A DNA stretch of 64,000 nt from the NCBI GenBank assembly GCA_030704615.1, contig CM060733.1:310001-374000 (forward strand), given 5' to 3'. This DNA comes from Takakia lepidozioides (lineage: Eukaryota > Plantae > Bryophyta). Positions 1-12,080 of this stretch are shown in pieces. A program made the translations under genes and the position numbers. Position 1 is the stretch's first letter. Each line of letters begins with the position of its first letter. The notes beneath the pieces were generated by a model. That model was not told the DNA's origin, ran no database searches, and was given only the letters and a program-made list of their open reading frames with translations.

Positions 1-956
1 GAGCGTTGCGTAAGGTGAGGGGAGGAGAGGGGATCTGAGTGTAGAGAATTTCAAGCAACTCCTGTTGTCGGTTTTCTTACTCTCCGTCTGTTTGATCTTT
101 CGTATTTTTGGTGGTTCGCTCCATCTTCCTCGTCCGTCCCTCTTCTATGCAACTCTGGGTGTTTCCGCTTTGTTGCATGTCGAAATCGTGTGTAGGATGT
201 CTGTAGTGGAAACCCGTGTACTCCTGCGAGGCAATGTGAAGCGTGGTTGATGAATAAGAAAAGTGTACGTATCCTGGCAAGCGAGGCAAGTGCTGGTGCT
301 CTTTAGGGTTTATGTGCGATCGCTATCTGTTAGTATACGACTCGTTTCTTGTGCCAGTGTTAGATTGTTGATCGATGTGGGTTTGTGATGGGATGGAAGT
401 TGGAACAATCCAGAATGTTGTACTAATTAGACGGTTGGTTTCTTTAGCCTCGTAGTCCTAGAGTCCGCAATCGGGCGAGGGGATGGAGGGAGAGCTGCCC
501 GGGGGACTCTAAAGCCGAGGGGCACTCGCTCCAGTAGTTGGACCCATATACGAAAATGAAGTAGGTTCTGACCAGATTTGCTCGAGAATGCCCCCCTCTC
601 TAGCATCATTTGGGGAGGGAGGAAGATGGAGACACATGGAACTGGATGCACTTAATGCACTGGTAGAAAGGCCAGAGCATCACAGGGTAGTAACCATCGG
701 GTGGGAATTTTTGTGTGAAAGGTACATGGTTTTTGTGTCAGTATGGAAGGTTGCGTAGACCTTGTCAGGAGAACAATGAGTGATGCAGAAAGATGTAGAC
801 GTACTCGCTGGGAGGTAATAGCGTAATTGAGATGTTCATAGAAACCCTACTACAATACCTGATGGGAAAGAGACAAGACAACGGTTTGGGAGCCAACGTC
901 TGACTTCAAGTGATTACCTCTCGCTCACTCAAACACAATCCCTTGCGGTCTTGCAG

Positions 957-3353
957 GGGTGCAGCAGTCAATGCGAAAGTGAAATGACTAAGAGGCGTTT
1001 GTGCGACACCAACATACAAATTTCTGGGGCTGTTGTAGGGAATATACAAATGCAGAGGCAGGAGGAAGTCATTGGTGCTTTCTTTGCAGCTGCACATCTT
1101 TCTGCACAGGGTAAGGAGTTACAAAATGGTTACATCAGGTTGAAAGGTGGTGGCTACCAAGGCATGCCTGGCGGATTTCTGGGAACAGGTCGGAAGATGA
1201 TCGAGGATTTGCCACAGGCGGCCGAGTGGGTAGGAGATGATGACTACGAATATGGGTTCAATGCAAGTGAGAGCATTTACTCGTCACCTTTCCGTCCTGC
1301 TGCCTCTGCATTTGTGGAGTCGATTGTAAGCCCCAGGAAGAGGCTGGCTCTCCTTAAGTCCCGGAAGTGTGATGCGGCAGCTGCTGCAGAGACCCCTAGG
1401 GAAGACCGGATCAACAGTCTACCTGACGAGTGTTTGTATGAGATATTTAGATGTTTGCCCAGAGCTCGGGACCGATTTGCATGTGCCTCTGTTTGCATGC
1501 GCTGGCTCATGCTGCAGAGCCACATTCATCGACACGAGCTCCATAGTGGGCAGGGCAGGTGCAAGGGGGGCTGTCCACGTGACACTGGACGCACCGATGG
1601 GTCAGGGGGCTTTGCACAAGGTGCTGAAAATGTGCAGAGAGCTTCAGAAGTAACCCCTGAAGGTGTCGAAGAAGGTTCTGAAGAATCGCATGGGTTATTG
1701 CGAGACTCAGGTAGGGGAGATGGCTGGGTTGGTTCTGGGCGTGTTGGGGGTGGTCAGCCACACAGGGATGAGGCAAGAGTTGAGCGGCAGCCCCAGTGGG
1801 CCATTGGGGATCTCTCTCGCTGCCTGGAAGGGAAGAAAGCCACAGATGTCAGACTGTTTGCAGTAGCAGTAGGAACTCTGGCTCGCGGTGGGTTGGGGAA
1901 GCTATCTATCAAAGGGGGCCCGATCGGTAATATGATCAAGGGGGTCACTGATGCTGGCCTTTCCACCATTGGGGTCTGCTGTTCTGCATTGCGACGGCTG
2001 TCTTTGTGGGATTGCCCTAATGTTGGGGATGAAGGATTGGTGGCCATTGGAAATGGGTGCCGGTTGTTGGAATCTCTGGATCTTTTGAAGTGTGAAAAAG
2101 TCGGAGATGCAGGTTTGAAGGCAATTGCCAAGGGGTGTCCTCTTTTATCTGCCATCAATTTGGAATCTTGTACAGGGGCTGGAGATGAGGGTTTGAAGGC
2201 TGTGGGAAATTGGTGCAGTTCCCTATTGTCTCTCTCGGTCAATGACTGTGGATTGATTGGGGATGAGGGGATTAGTGCAGTGGGGCTAGGTTGCAAGAAG
2301 TTGAAAAAGTTGAAGTTAGAGAAACTCACAGTGTCTGATAACGGTCTGGCCCATTTAGGGGCACATTGCAAATCTCTCATAAAGCTGAAGCTTGCAAATC
2401 TGGAAGCCTGCAGCGAAGATGGATTCATGAGCTTTGGCAAAGGTGCAGGCCTGCAGCAGTTACGTTCCCTCTGTATCTCGGCCTGCTCAGGCATAACTGA
2501 CCAGTCATTGGGGAGAATTGCAACGGTGTGCACAAACCTGAAGCTCTTTGATCTTTCCCATTGTCAGATGGTGACAGACATGGGCCTCAAGGCTTTTATA
2601 CAAGCTTGCCCCTGCTTGGACAGTCTACAGTTGGAGAGGTGCAACTCCATCTCCTACAGTGGTCTTAGAGAAGCACTTGTGTATCAGGAGGGGAAACTGA
2701 AGACCCTGCGCCTCACTAAGTGCAACGGTTTGGGAGATTGGGGCCTCTTTCCAAATGTTTTGGAGTTGACTTGCCACTGTCTGAAGTCACTTCTTGTCAC
2801 ACATTGCAAGGGGCTAGGGGATGGGTGCCTGGCCATGGTCGGCCGGTGTTGTCCAGCTCTGGAGCATCTGGATCTCAGTGGACTGGCTGATGTGAGTGAT
2901 GAAGGGGTGATGGCTTTGCTACAAGGTGGTGGCAAGCAGCTGGTAACGTTGAATCTGAGTGGTTGCAGCAAGGTCTCTAACATGGCTGTAAGTGCAGTAG
3001 CAAGGCACTGCAGTTCGCAGATCAGGAGCTTGGTGTTGGATGGGTGTGGCAAAGTAGGTGACAGCAGCCTGCAGTTGGTGGCCGCTGAGTGCAGCGGGCT
3101 GCAGGACCTGGATGCTTCCCACACTGCCATCACGGATGCAGGTGTTCAGGCGTTGGTGTCTGCACGTGGGCCCTGCCTGGAAACCTTGGCGCTTGCAGGT
3201 TGCGTGCACCTCACAGATCAGTGCCTGCCGCTCATTGAGCAGGGATGTTCATCTCTGTGGGCACTCAATCTGAAGCACTGTCCACGCCTCACCCGGCCCG
3301 CTCTCAACAATCTTGAATCCCATCTGTGGCACTGTCAGCTGTTGTGTCTCTAG
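957..3353 (+). CDS. EBF1: EIN3-binding F-box/LRR protein (EBF1/EBF2 family)
   Basis: F-box DRINSLPDECLYEIFRCLP...CASVCMRWLMLQS; EBF signature LSRCLEGKKATDVRLFAVAVGTLARGGLGKLSI; long run of Cys-containing LRRs; C-terminal WHCQLL. Main exon follows acceptor TTGCAG at 951-956. The start is uncertain: a micro-exon 250..264, ATG 984 or ATG 1164. Confidence 0.93.
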   Translation, partial: GCSSQCESEMTKRRLCDTNIQISGAVVGNIQMQRQEEVIGAFFAAAHLSAQGKELQNGYIRLKGGGYQGMPGGFLGTGRKMIEDLPQAAEWVGDDDYEYGFNASESIYSSPFRPAASAFVESIVSPRKRLALLKSRKCDAAAAAETPREDRINSLPDECLYEIFRCLPRARDRFACASVCMRWLMLQSHIHRHELHSGQGRCKGGCPRDTGRTDGSGGFAQGAENVQRASEVTPEGVEEGSEESHGLLRDSGRGDGWVGSGRVGGGQPHRDEARVERQPQWAIGDLSRCLEGKKATDVRLFAVAVGTLARGGLGKLSIKGGPIGNMIKGVTDAGLSTIGVCCSALRRLSLWDCPNVGDEGLVAIGNGCRLLESLDLLKCEKVGDAGLKAIAKGCPLLSAINLESCTGAGDEGLKAVGNWCSSLLSLSVNDCGLIGDEGISAVGLGCKKLKKLKLEKLTVSDNGLAHLGAHCKSLIKLKLANLEACSEDGFMSFGKGAGLQQLRSLCISACSGITDQSLGRIATVCTNLKLFDLSHCQMVTDMGLKAFIQACPCLDSLQLERCNSISYSGLREALVYQEGKLKTLRLTKCNGLGDWGLFPNVLELTCHCLKSLLVTHCKGLGDGCLAMVGRCCPALEHLDLSGLADVSDEGVMALLQGGGKQLVTLNLSGCSKVSNMAVSAVARHCSSQIRSLVLDGCGKVGDSSLQLVAAECSGLQDLDASHTAITDAGVQALVSARGPCLETLALAGCVHLTDQCLPLIEQGCSSLWALNLKHCPRLTRPALNNLESHLWHCQLLCL

Positions 3354-4328
3354 AGAGCTTGGTTTGGGAGGTGCATGACAAGTTGGCTATGCTGTTTCTA
3401 GTATTCTGGGCCGAGAATCGTCCAGATACGCTACCTCATGAACAGAAAGGTGGAGGAGCATGGTGAGTTGGGGGAGGTGGGGTCGAGGAACTACTCGTGG
3501 AATCCAGGGGACAGAGTTGTGAGAGTTCGGGTCCGGAGAACAGCCTTGAGGCTGTCAATCAAATCTAAGTTCTTCCGTGTTTTTGCAGGCGTCCGTCGGA
3601 GTGACAGGGCCCTGTTTTGTGAGAGGCATCAGGTGTCTTTCAAGGGTGCTGAGCAAGCTCACGTTAATCACTCCCTTGCCTCAGTTGGTCAGGGAGGAGT
3701 TTTTTCATGTTTCTCAAGCAGGCTGGTGGCTTTACTTGCCTGGTAAAGCAGGCTGCTGTAGAAAAGCTGTAGATGGTGAAGTGTGTGACATGTGAGTAGA
3801 AGCTCGCCTCCAGCACTTCATTTGCTGGAGTACTTCAGGGAGTTAGGTTGAGTGGAAGTTACAACTGCGAGTTGTTTTTTAAAGCCCTGGAGTGCAATGG
3901 CATTAAAAAAAATGTACCAAGAATAAGGGATTTGTCTGATGCATGCTACTGCTACTTCAGTATTGTGTGAGGATTTGTGGAACCAGGAAATGTGAAGTGA
4001 TAATATACATGTATCTCTATTCCAATTTTAGTGTATATGCCAAGCTTGCCTTTTGGTACACGCCCTCTTGATCAGAAATATGCACTTGGTCAGAAATATG
4101 CATCCAGCTGTAGTTCATTTGTCCAGGTTTGCTTACAGGGGTCTATTGATTCTGCAGGAAAATTCCTCAATCCCTTTGCATTCTAGAGTGGCAATAGAGT
4201 TTGACCCTCAGGCATTTAGTAGCACTGGGGCTCCCAGCTTTCAGTGGTCTCAAGAGATGTTTGGTGCGGTAGAAGCTGGCTAGAAATCTAGTCTGAGATG
4301 TTTGAACTATGTAGAGTGATTTAGCATG

Positions 4329-4574
4329 AACAACCAACATGTAGCCCAGTTGTAAGGGCATATACCCTCTTACGAGTGGTTGTGGGTTCAGACCACCCTG
4401 TTCAGACCACCTTGTTGTTAGGAAGGTGTCCACCTTCCTACCGGAAGGTAGTGGCCCTTCTGGGTCAAGTGACACCATTAGTTACGCTTGCACCTTCCTA
4501 CCGGAAGGCAGTGGCCCTTCTGGGTCAAGTGACACCATTAGTTACGCTTGCTTCGACAACACGTCCACCTTTTT
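4329..4574 (+). mobile_element. tRNA-derived SINE with internal 60-bp tandem duplication
   Basis: A-box-like TAGCCCAGTTG (4342-4352), B-box-like GGTTCAGACC (4385-4394), 3' T-run, and a perfect 12-bp TSD TGATTTAGCATG at 4317-4328 and 4575-4586. Confidence 0.85.
4431..4550. repeat. 60-bp tandem repeat x2 (1 mismatch) inside the SINE
   Basis: CACCTTCCTACCGGAAGG(T/C)AGTGGCCCTTCTGGGTCAAGTGACACCATTAGTTACGCTTG at 4431-4490 and 4491-4550. Confidence 0.95.
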
Positions 4575-5128
4575 TGATTTAGCATGCCTAGTCTTAGTGT
4601 GGACATGGAGCTTGCCAACTCTGAACTATTGAAAAGAACCTCGACAACAAGGTGGCAATGTAATTCTATTGGATGGGCACGTTCCATATCTTATTCAGCT
4701 CTCTTTTTGGATTTGCTTGTGCTATACATGCATGGAGGTCTTGGTCACTAGTGTATGACCCAGTGGAATGTTTCCCTCTAGAAGGTTTGAACATCACCTC
4801 TAATAGCATCATAGCAGATTGTAAGGCTGGCTTATCGCCATCATCCTCAATTTCAAGTGCCTAGATTTAGTCCATGAGTTTTTCTACAAGTTGATTGTAG
4901 ATAGGGAACATTCAGAGATGGTAATTGAGGCACTGTTAAGCCGCCTTCATATTAGTGCTGAAAAAGTGAAGTGAGCAAACATAGAGCAAGGATCCTGTTG
5001 GAACCATGTAACTAAGAGTAGCGAGGAAACCCGTAAATAGACAAAGAAAGCAGTTCAAAGATCTTTCATATGATACTACCATCTGCATTAATCTGTCTGG
5101 CGTATGAATTTATATGAGTTGGTATGGA

Positions 5129-6043
5129 TCAAGGGCAAAGCCCCAAGGTTTTTGGGTAGTAATTCCAAATGAAGTCATCAGGCAATGCAGTAGGCCCCTC
5201 CTCCTTTCTCTTCTCTTCCTCCTTTTTGGATTCTTCCTTCTTCTCTTGCTTGGGCTCTTCCGGCCAGAGTGATGTGGGCTTGCCAGTCCTGGCTATGCGT
5301 TTGAGCACCTCCTCAGGCTTCAGAATTCCCGTCACCGTCACTTTATCTGCTTCCACATCGATTTTGTACGATTCCACTCCTGACATGTAATTGCTGCCTT
5401 AGTAATTATCCTCCCATCCCTCCAAATCCCCCTTTTGTAAGCTTGAACAATTGCAATCTGAGAAGACGAATTATGAACTACCAAGCTGGAAATGGTCCTC
5501 CAATCTGAAGAATTCTTCGCAAAAAGAAGGCAGTTTGCAGCTCCTCGCTGACCCAGCAGGGATTCATGCATCCTTGAGATTGCATGTTTCCTGGAGTTTG
5601 CCTTCGTAGACAGGGACTATCAGAAACAAGAGCGACAACTAGGCCTGTACAATTTAGCGTGTGCGAATGTTCGAGATCTTCATGCAGGATCTTACTTAAA
5701 AGATGTATTAACAATTGAAAAGTTGACATGTCCATCCTTGAGGCGTAGTCATGCTACAAAAATTTTAACTAGTTCATTGCTCCCAAGATTTTCATCGATT
5801 TAATTCAGGGACCGCCCCATGCTACGGGTCCCGACCACTGTTGCTTTAGACGTGAGACAAGATGCAGTTCCAACAATGTGTAGTGGCCTGAAGCTAAAGC
5901 AACTAATCTACGAAATTGCAGGTGCGAGCAACAAGAAGAAAGCTACCATGCAACTTGTTGATGGCCTTCTTCACAGCGCCCGCACAGCCGTCACAATGCA
6001 TCATCACCTTCAAAACCACCGTTTGCTTTTCCTGTTTTTCCGT
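5129..6043 (-). CDS. Heavy-metal-associated (HMA) domain protein, ATX1/CCH/HPP-like metallochaperone; exons 6043..5947 and 5379..5129, first exon not located
   Basis: Spliced translation TVVLKVMMHCDGCAGAVKKAINKLHG|VESYKIDVEADKVTVTGILKPEEVLKRIARTGK with the MxCxxC metal-binding motif. GT-AG intron in matching phase. No C-terminal CaaX box. Confidence 0.88.
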
Positions 6044-6879
6044 CTGAAAAAGCACTGAATCACCTGTTGGGGGTCCAAGCGAGAAACCAAGAAAGAACTC
6101 CTGAACGGGAGTCCATAAAGCCTAGTTGATGCTTGGACTGTGATACACGAGTTCCATCTTAAGGGTTATAATCATGTCATCATGTGGATGTTACTCGAGA
6201 AGTGAAGAATCTAGATATCAATGCTAGATTTAGAAGATAGATCAAGAGCTGGCGACAGGTTCTGGACAATGGTCTAAAGAGTATGGCTCCATGACAGGAG
6301 TATGAACAAACAGAGAAATTCATACTTGTCAAAATGTCACTCATCTGTTGTGCAGCGCTCATGAAGGCCACAACAGTTACATATGCACGGTGGAAATCAG
6401 GCAGACTACAAGGCACAGGAGTTGACATTCCCCTACTCCTGAGTTTCGCCCGTCCAAATACGGAGCAAGTACAAAAACACAGAACCCACCAGCAAGTTGC
6501 AACCGTGCTTCAAGCATTCAATATCAAGGGAGTGGTCGAATTGCGAAACTCATTAAGTATAAACTGGCCATAAAGATTAGAAAACAGTAGTATGAGAAGA
6601 ACACTGTAGCACTTAGTACCACGACCACTTCAAGCTGCATTTCTGCCACCTCTGGCTCTGCTGTTGCAGTTAATAATTAGGTGAGCTTTGTCCAAGCCAT
6701 GACCAGTATATCGAATTACAAGCGGGAGTACAACAAAGTGAGGCAAGAATCCCGACACCCAGGCATACAACTATGCACTGGGGAATGCACTACTACGTCG
6801 CACGGACGTGTGGAGTCCGAGATCTACTTTAAAATACAGATCGAGTCTGACTTGGTTCCATGCAAGCTGTGTATTCACT

Positions 6880-8338
6880 ACAGATGTGCGTGGTCTCTGG
6901 CATCAAATGTACTATATTCGTTGGCTAGCATGAAGATTACGACTTTTTCCAGGGCTGGGATTTGTCTCCCTTCCTCGTTTCCTACTGCCCGGCTCAACCA
7001 TTGGAGAAGGTAACTTGTTAAGTATCTTAGAGAGGAGTCTGAAGTTTGCACAATGCAAAGACCAACTATCAACACGCAAATCATACTTGTGCTATGTACA
7101 TAAGACTGAAGAGATGACCTCATTCCCAATTTAGTAAGAGGACAAAACGGTGTATATATATGTGCTCAGGAGAGGCTCAGGGTACCTCAGCCATGGTGAT
7201 TGATGGTAGGAGCGCTTGTGTTCTTGCACCGGAAAGGCGTCAACTGATGTGCTTGGGGAGACCTCGGCGACCTCGATTCCAACAATGAGTGGCGATCGAG
7301 AGTGCAAAATATGTAAGAGAGAAGGGCTTGAAAGAGGGCACGTCGCCACCTTCGTTTCCTAACAACTTGGCCTTGAAAGTATGCTGATCAGGCTGATCAT
7401 GACCTTTCGATAAGGTCTACCCGGAACAAGACTGCTCAGGAGGGCTAGTCTACATCCGTCTGTATACAGTAAGGGCATCTCCCGGTCCCACGAGCTGGAG
7501 TTACACACATGCACGCCATTCATGAATATATAAGAACTAGAGGCAGAATTCTCTTACCGATTTAAGGACCGCGGGCCCTTGGGCTTGCACCAGTGGTGTG
7601 CAGGAGCCTTAGACCAGGTCCCGTACACTGGCCCACAAAGCGCTTTGAGAGTTCGCTCGAGTTCACTGAATTTGTCCCTGGCTGGCCAAGGTACCACTTT
7701 CTCAGTCTTCACTTATTTCCAGAACTGCCCTTTACTTGATGGGTTCGTCTCTTGCTGTCCCCCATCTGTCATACTACATACAGGTCTTTCAGAATGTGAA
7801 GCCTCCTCTTTCACGTGACAGTGTTGGGAAGCTTTGTGCTTGCTTCTCAGGCACTCGGGCATGTTAACCTCGATATGTGTTCCGGGCATCCCTCCTTTTT
7901 AATGGATGCCCCCTGTTTCATGCACAATTGTCTGAAATGCATATGGCATTTTTTCTTTTCCTCTTTTTCATCGATAAGGGTGCTATGCGAATTGAAGATG
8001 CTGATTTAAGTGCATGCAGTGAGATCTTAGCAGTGCACTTTGATTGTCAGTGAGACTTCGAGCACACTGATCTCATTCAGTGTCTTTACGAACACCCAAG
8101 GAGTCACATCCTCTCATCTCCGGAAGAAGATATGCAGATCTTCCAGCTTACCTACGTCAGGTGCCACTAGTACCAAACATCTCGTTAATATGCATGAGCA
8201 TCTCCACCAAGTGCATCACATCCTTTGGACTCCGATTGGTGAGGAAGTCCTTGGTTCGGAGAAATCCAGCCTCACTCTTTTTGTACTAGAGGCAGCTGGA
8301 GCCAGGCTCCTAGCAAGCCCCCCTGCTCTTAACGTCAT
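6880..8338 (-). pseudogene. Putative decayed coilin-like gene
   Basis: Fragments in the correct order resemble plant coilin as recalled: KRVRLDF, YLLP, a basic KKRKRKK patch, VVP..PG/QIQ, PGDALTVYRR, FPVQE, EYSTFDAR. Many stops and frameshifts. Confidence 0.35.
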
Positions 8339-8939
8339 ACTAATACTAACACAAGTTATCTTCAAGTTATGGCCGCACCGGATTGTTGGCGATCATGCTA
8401 AATTTAACCCTAGCTAGATCTAGCTAGCAGTCCACTTTAGTTTTAGCAGGCCCCCTCCCGTCCAGCTAAATCTAACCCTCCTCTAAGTTTCGGGCAGCTG
8501 CCCTTGGTACACTCTGGATTGCTGTACAGAGTTCCAACGACCTTGGGCAACAGCCTGGTTTCTACGCGCTGTCTTATGTGGGTAAGGGTGGTTGAGTAGA
8601 GGTGCCAAAGGCAGGTTTTAGACTGGAAATGATCTTTTCACCTGACCAACTCGCCTTGTACGTCAGGTAGTCTCCCTTCCAGATTGAGAGGGAATGAACT
8701 ACATTACACCAGCGTTGGAAATTTTCCAGAACATTCATGTATGCACACCAAACAGCAGAGTGGCAGGACCGGGACGACTGATAGGTTTTGGTGGCATGGC
8801 AGCAGCCGCTGTGACGAATCCGAAGAGTAACCAATGTCCTATATGCGATCTACTGGATTATTGGATCTCACCCTACAGGAGAATACCGAATTAGAGTGTA
8901 CAATATGCGACACTAGTATTGATTTATATGGTAGTCTGA

Positions 8940-9350
8940 ATAAGGGGCCAGGTTTGAAGGGGTGTGTGCGGAGTAGAGAGTGGTCCAGGAATTTAATAGC
9001 GGGTGATATAGTAAGTTACACACCACGACTTGAATTAGGAACCGTCATGTAAGGGGGGTAAGAAAGAAGAAGGCATGAAGCCGACAACTATTAAATGGGG
9101 GAGGGTTCAGGCTGCAAATTGGGTAAGAAGGTGTGGCATGCCGGTTTCTAGGGCAACCTTCTAAAAGGGTCCCACCGCATGAGGATTCGGGAGGGTCCCA
9201 CCACCCTAAGAGGGTATATAAACGAGAGGCCCCTGCCTAGTAATTACTAAGTTACCACTTACTAGTTAATAAGTGGTGGGCTTTGCAGGCGCAGCGCAGG
9301 GCCCCCAAAAAAAAAAAACATAAACACGAACCATAGGTATATTAATTAAT
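8940..9350. repeat. Dispersed repeat with an inverted copy at ~36720-37385; Helitron-like hairpin+CTAG motifs
   Basis: About 270 bp (8940-9210) matches the reverse complement of 37125-37385, e.g. GGGTTCAGGCTGCAAATTGGGTA vs TACCCAATTTGCAGCCTGAACCC. 9240-9310 matches the reverse complement of 36723-36790. Confidence 0.75.
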
Positions 9351-11269
9351 AGGGACAGCACAGTAAGCTCAATATAAGCCCCCAAGTTACTAGGTACTAT
9401 GTACTTTCATATAACACTATTAATTAATATAGCTATGGTACTGTTCATGTTTGGTATATTTAATTGGGCCTACCCGCAGAGCCCACTGAAGCAATTACTA
9501 GTAAGTAGTATTTGGCGGAGGAGGGCACACCCTCTCTTTATACTACACTTGCTCAAGGCGGCCATGCTCTAATCAAGTTGAATCTATAACGATCAATGTA
9601 AGAAGCAAAAAACAACAACGAAAATGTACTTACCAAATATATCTTCATCAGGTTGAGTGCAAAAAAACATCTGGCATTCTCTCTTCCTTGTGAATCCCCA
9701 TCCTTGCCACCACAACCTAGACTAACAGCTAAATTTTTCACATCTTTTGTGGAGAGAGACTTTGTCATCTTCCCAAGCTCTTTCACCCAACTCAACCCAT
9801 GACTACCAATAGCGTTTAGTTGCATGTTTACCCTCCTGGGGACAATACATTCATTCTTTCGACTCCCAAAGCGTACCGTAGTCATGAACAAGGTTCTTCC
9901 CTTTGAATCCTACTCTCTCCTTAGCTGAGTTTTTCCGAATACAACATATTACAATAGGTTTTACTTCGCGTTCGTGAGGTCAAAAAGTACTCTTACATTT
10001 TTCTCAATCTCATCTTTCATCAGTCACTACAAGCCCTTGCGAAGCGATATTGCGTTCGTGAGAGATTTGTTATAAAAATTCAATTGTTTGTAATCTACCA
10101 ACACGGTTGAACCAAATGGCACTGATTCTCCGGTTGAGCAATGGAGTTCAAAACACAAGTGTGTGAGATGTGAATGTTGTCAAGCTCTCCAAACGTTATA
10201 ACAAGCTTTCCAAACGTTATAACAAGCTTATGCTTGAGATGAGGATATTGTCAAGATGTCAGAAATAAATGTTGCGAATGACCCTTGATATATGAAATGA
10301 AGACACAAGACACATCCACCATCCGAGCAAATTATTTGTTGGGAACAGTCACAGTTTTAGGTCAGTTTGATGATTAAATACATTACGAGAAATCAATTAG
10401 CTTTTTGAATTGAGGGACACATACCCATGGGAGAAATGAGGAATCCAATGATTGAAGTGTATACATTGCATATATCACAGCAATTTTTGTACAAAAACTC
10501 ATAAAGTTTTGTATCAGTTTTTTCATAGTCATTTTTTGATTAGTTCAGCCCTTGCTTTTTTTGCTGTTTTTTTTGTCTTGAAGTTAATAAAGATATTTGT
10601 AATATATGGCTGCCCAGTTGCCACATACTCAACATTATCATCCCTAATGCATAATGACATCACTCTATGACCATTATATATGTTTGTGTGTGGATGTTGT
10701 GTGTCTATCTATGATCATGGTACCAAATCATGGTTGCCATACAACATTATATTTGATCTATGAATTGTGAAGAAATGTGAAAATGGATGTTTTGTTCATA
10801 TTTATAACGTCCAGGAATGATGTTGCTTTGCCATCCCCACATTGTTATTTATCCCCTCATTTCTCAACCTTTAAAGGAGACTTTAAAAAAAAAAAATACA
10901 GACCAGGGGTTAGTGGTCCTGGAATTTTATAAAAAAGGTAAGGAAAAATAACCTTACAAAGCCATGGAGGCAGGTGATTGAGGTTCTACTCCGAGCCAAA
11001 AATTGAGGTAAAGAGAAGGAAGGAAGGACAAGGAAGCAAAGAGAAAAGAAGAGAATAGTACAAGGAAGTGCATCAGATCAACAAAACTGAAGCTATACTA
11101 GAACTACATACTTCCTCTGTTTCTTTTAGGAGCATCAAATGAAAGCTGGGCTTTCGATTTTCCTTTCGCCCCCACCTCACCACTTGCAGACTCCACCTCA
11201 GGTTCCGCTGATGCACTGTTAATGACATTTCGCAAAAAAAAAAAGTTGCAAGGAGAAACACACAGTCAT

Positions 11270-12080
11270 GTCTACCATTCCACTTGGAAGATTCTCTTGG
11301 TTAATGCTCAAATTGTTAAGCATCTTCCCCAATCCTTCTTTCAAAGAAGAGAGATGCAACCTCCAACTGGTAGGTCTAGGAGCTCTCTTACCTTAGGTAA
11401 AGCACCGCCTGCACTAATGACCTTTTGTTCCAATATAGAGCAGAACACGTGAGCCTTTATTACGACCCTCCTTCAAGGTCGGGTTTGTTAAGTAACGTAT
11501 GAGTTCCCCTCGAATCTCCTTTGCAAGATCTTTTACATCAAATTTAGATGCATCATAACCCCTCTGAAGCAAGTCAGGTACATAATACTCTCTGCACGTC
11601 CCAAACACCAGTCTGCCCAATTCGCACACCATTGACTGTAACCATCTTTACCATCCTTCTTGTCAATGTAAGACCAGAGTAATGCCATATATGATACTCG
11701 TTCTAAGCCATTATTCAACGGGTAGAACTGAACGTTGTTCTTGATCAGTTCCTCTTTGATCATAGGATGATGCAAATGATTCGTTAACCTGAGCATCAAG
11801 CTCTCAAGGACATCAGCAGCTGCTAGAAACTTCGGCTGGCAAAGCACAAAGTCACTCCATGACTCGAATTGCTCTTTAAGGAAGCTTGAAAAAAGACGTC
11901 CATCTTCTTCTTCACTTGCTCCAACTGTTTTATCCACCTCTTGAACGTCTTAGAGCCCAAGCCCTCTTTCCGCAACACAAGGAGTGCAGTATCTTCATCA
12001 AATGTCAGAGGGGTAATATCCTCATCAGTGAGGGGTTTGACCCACATCTTGTAACAACATCGGTGGCGGTGTGAGAAGCT
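11270..12080 (-). pseudogene. Frameshifted coding remnant of unknown, probably transposon-associated, protein
   Basis: Three overlapping minus-strand ORFs (11823-12047, 11533-11937, 11414-11632) join via frameshifts into a protein-like sequence of more than 200 aa. No family recognised. Confidence 0.4.

Noticed and set aside
1754-2533. 259-aa antisense ORF
   Set aside because: Shadow ORF of the EBF LRR region with no motifs.
4338-4400. Possible tRNA gene (also 21500-21556)
   Set aside because: No convincing acceptor stem or cloverleaf. An unrelated body, tail and TSD indicate SINE heads.
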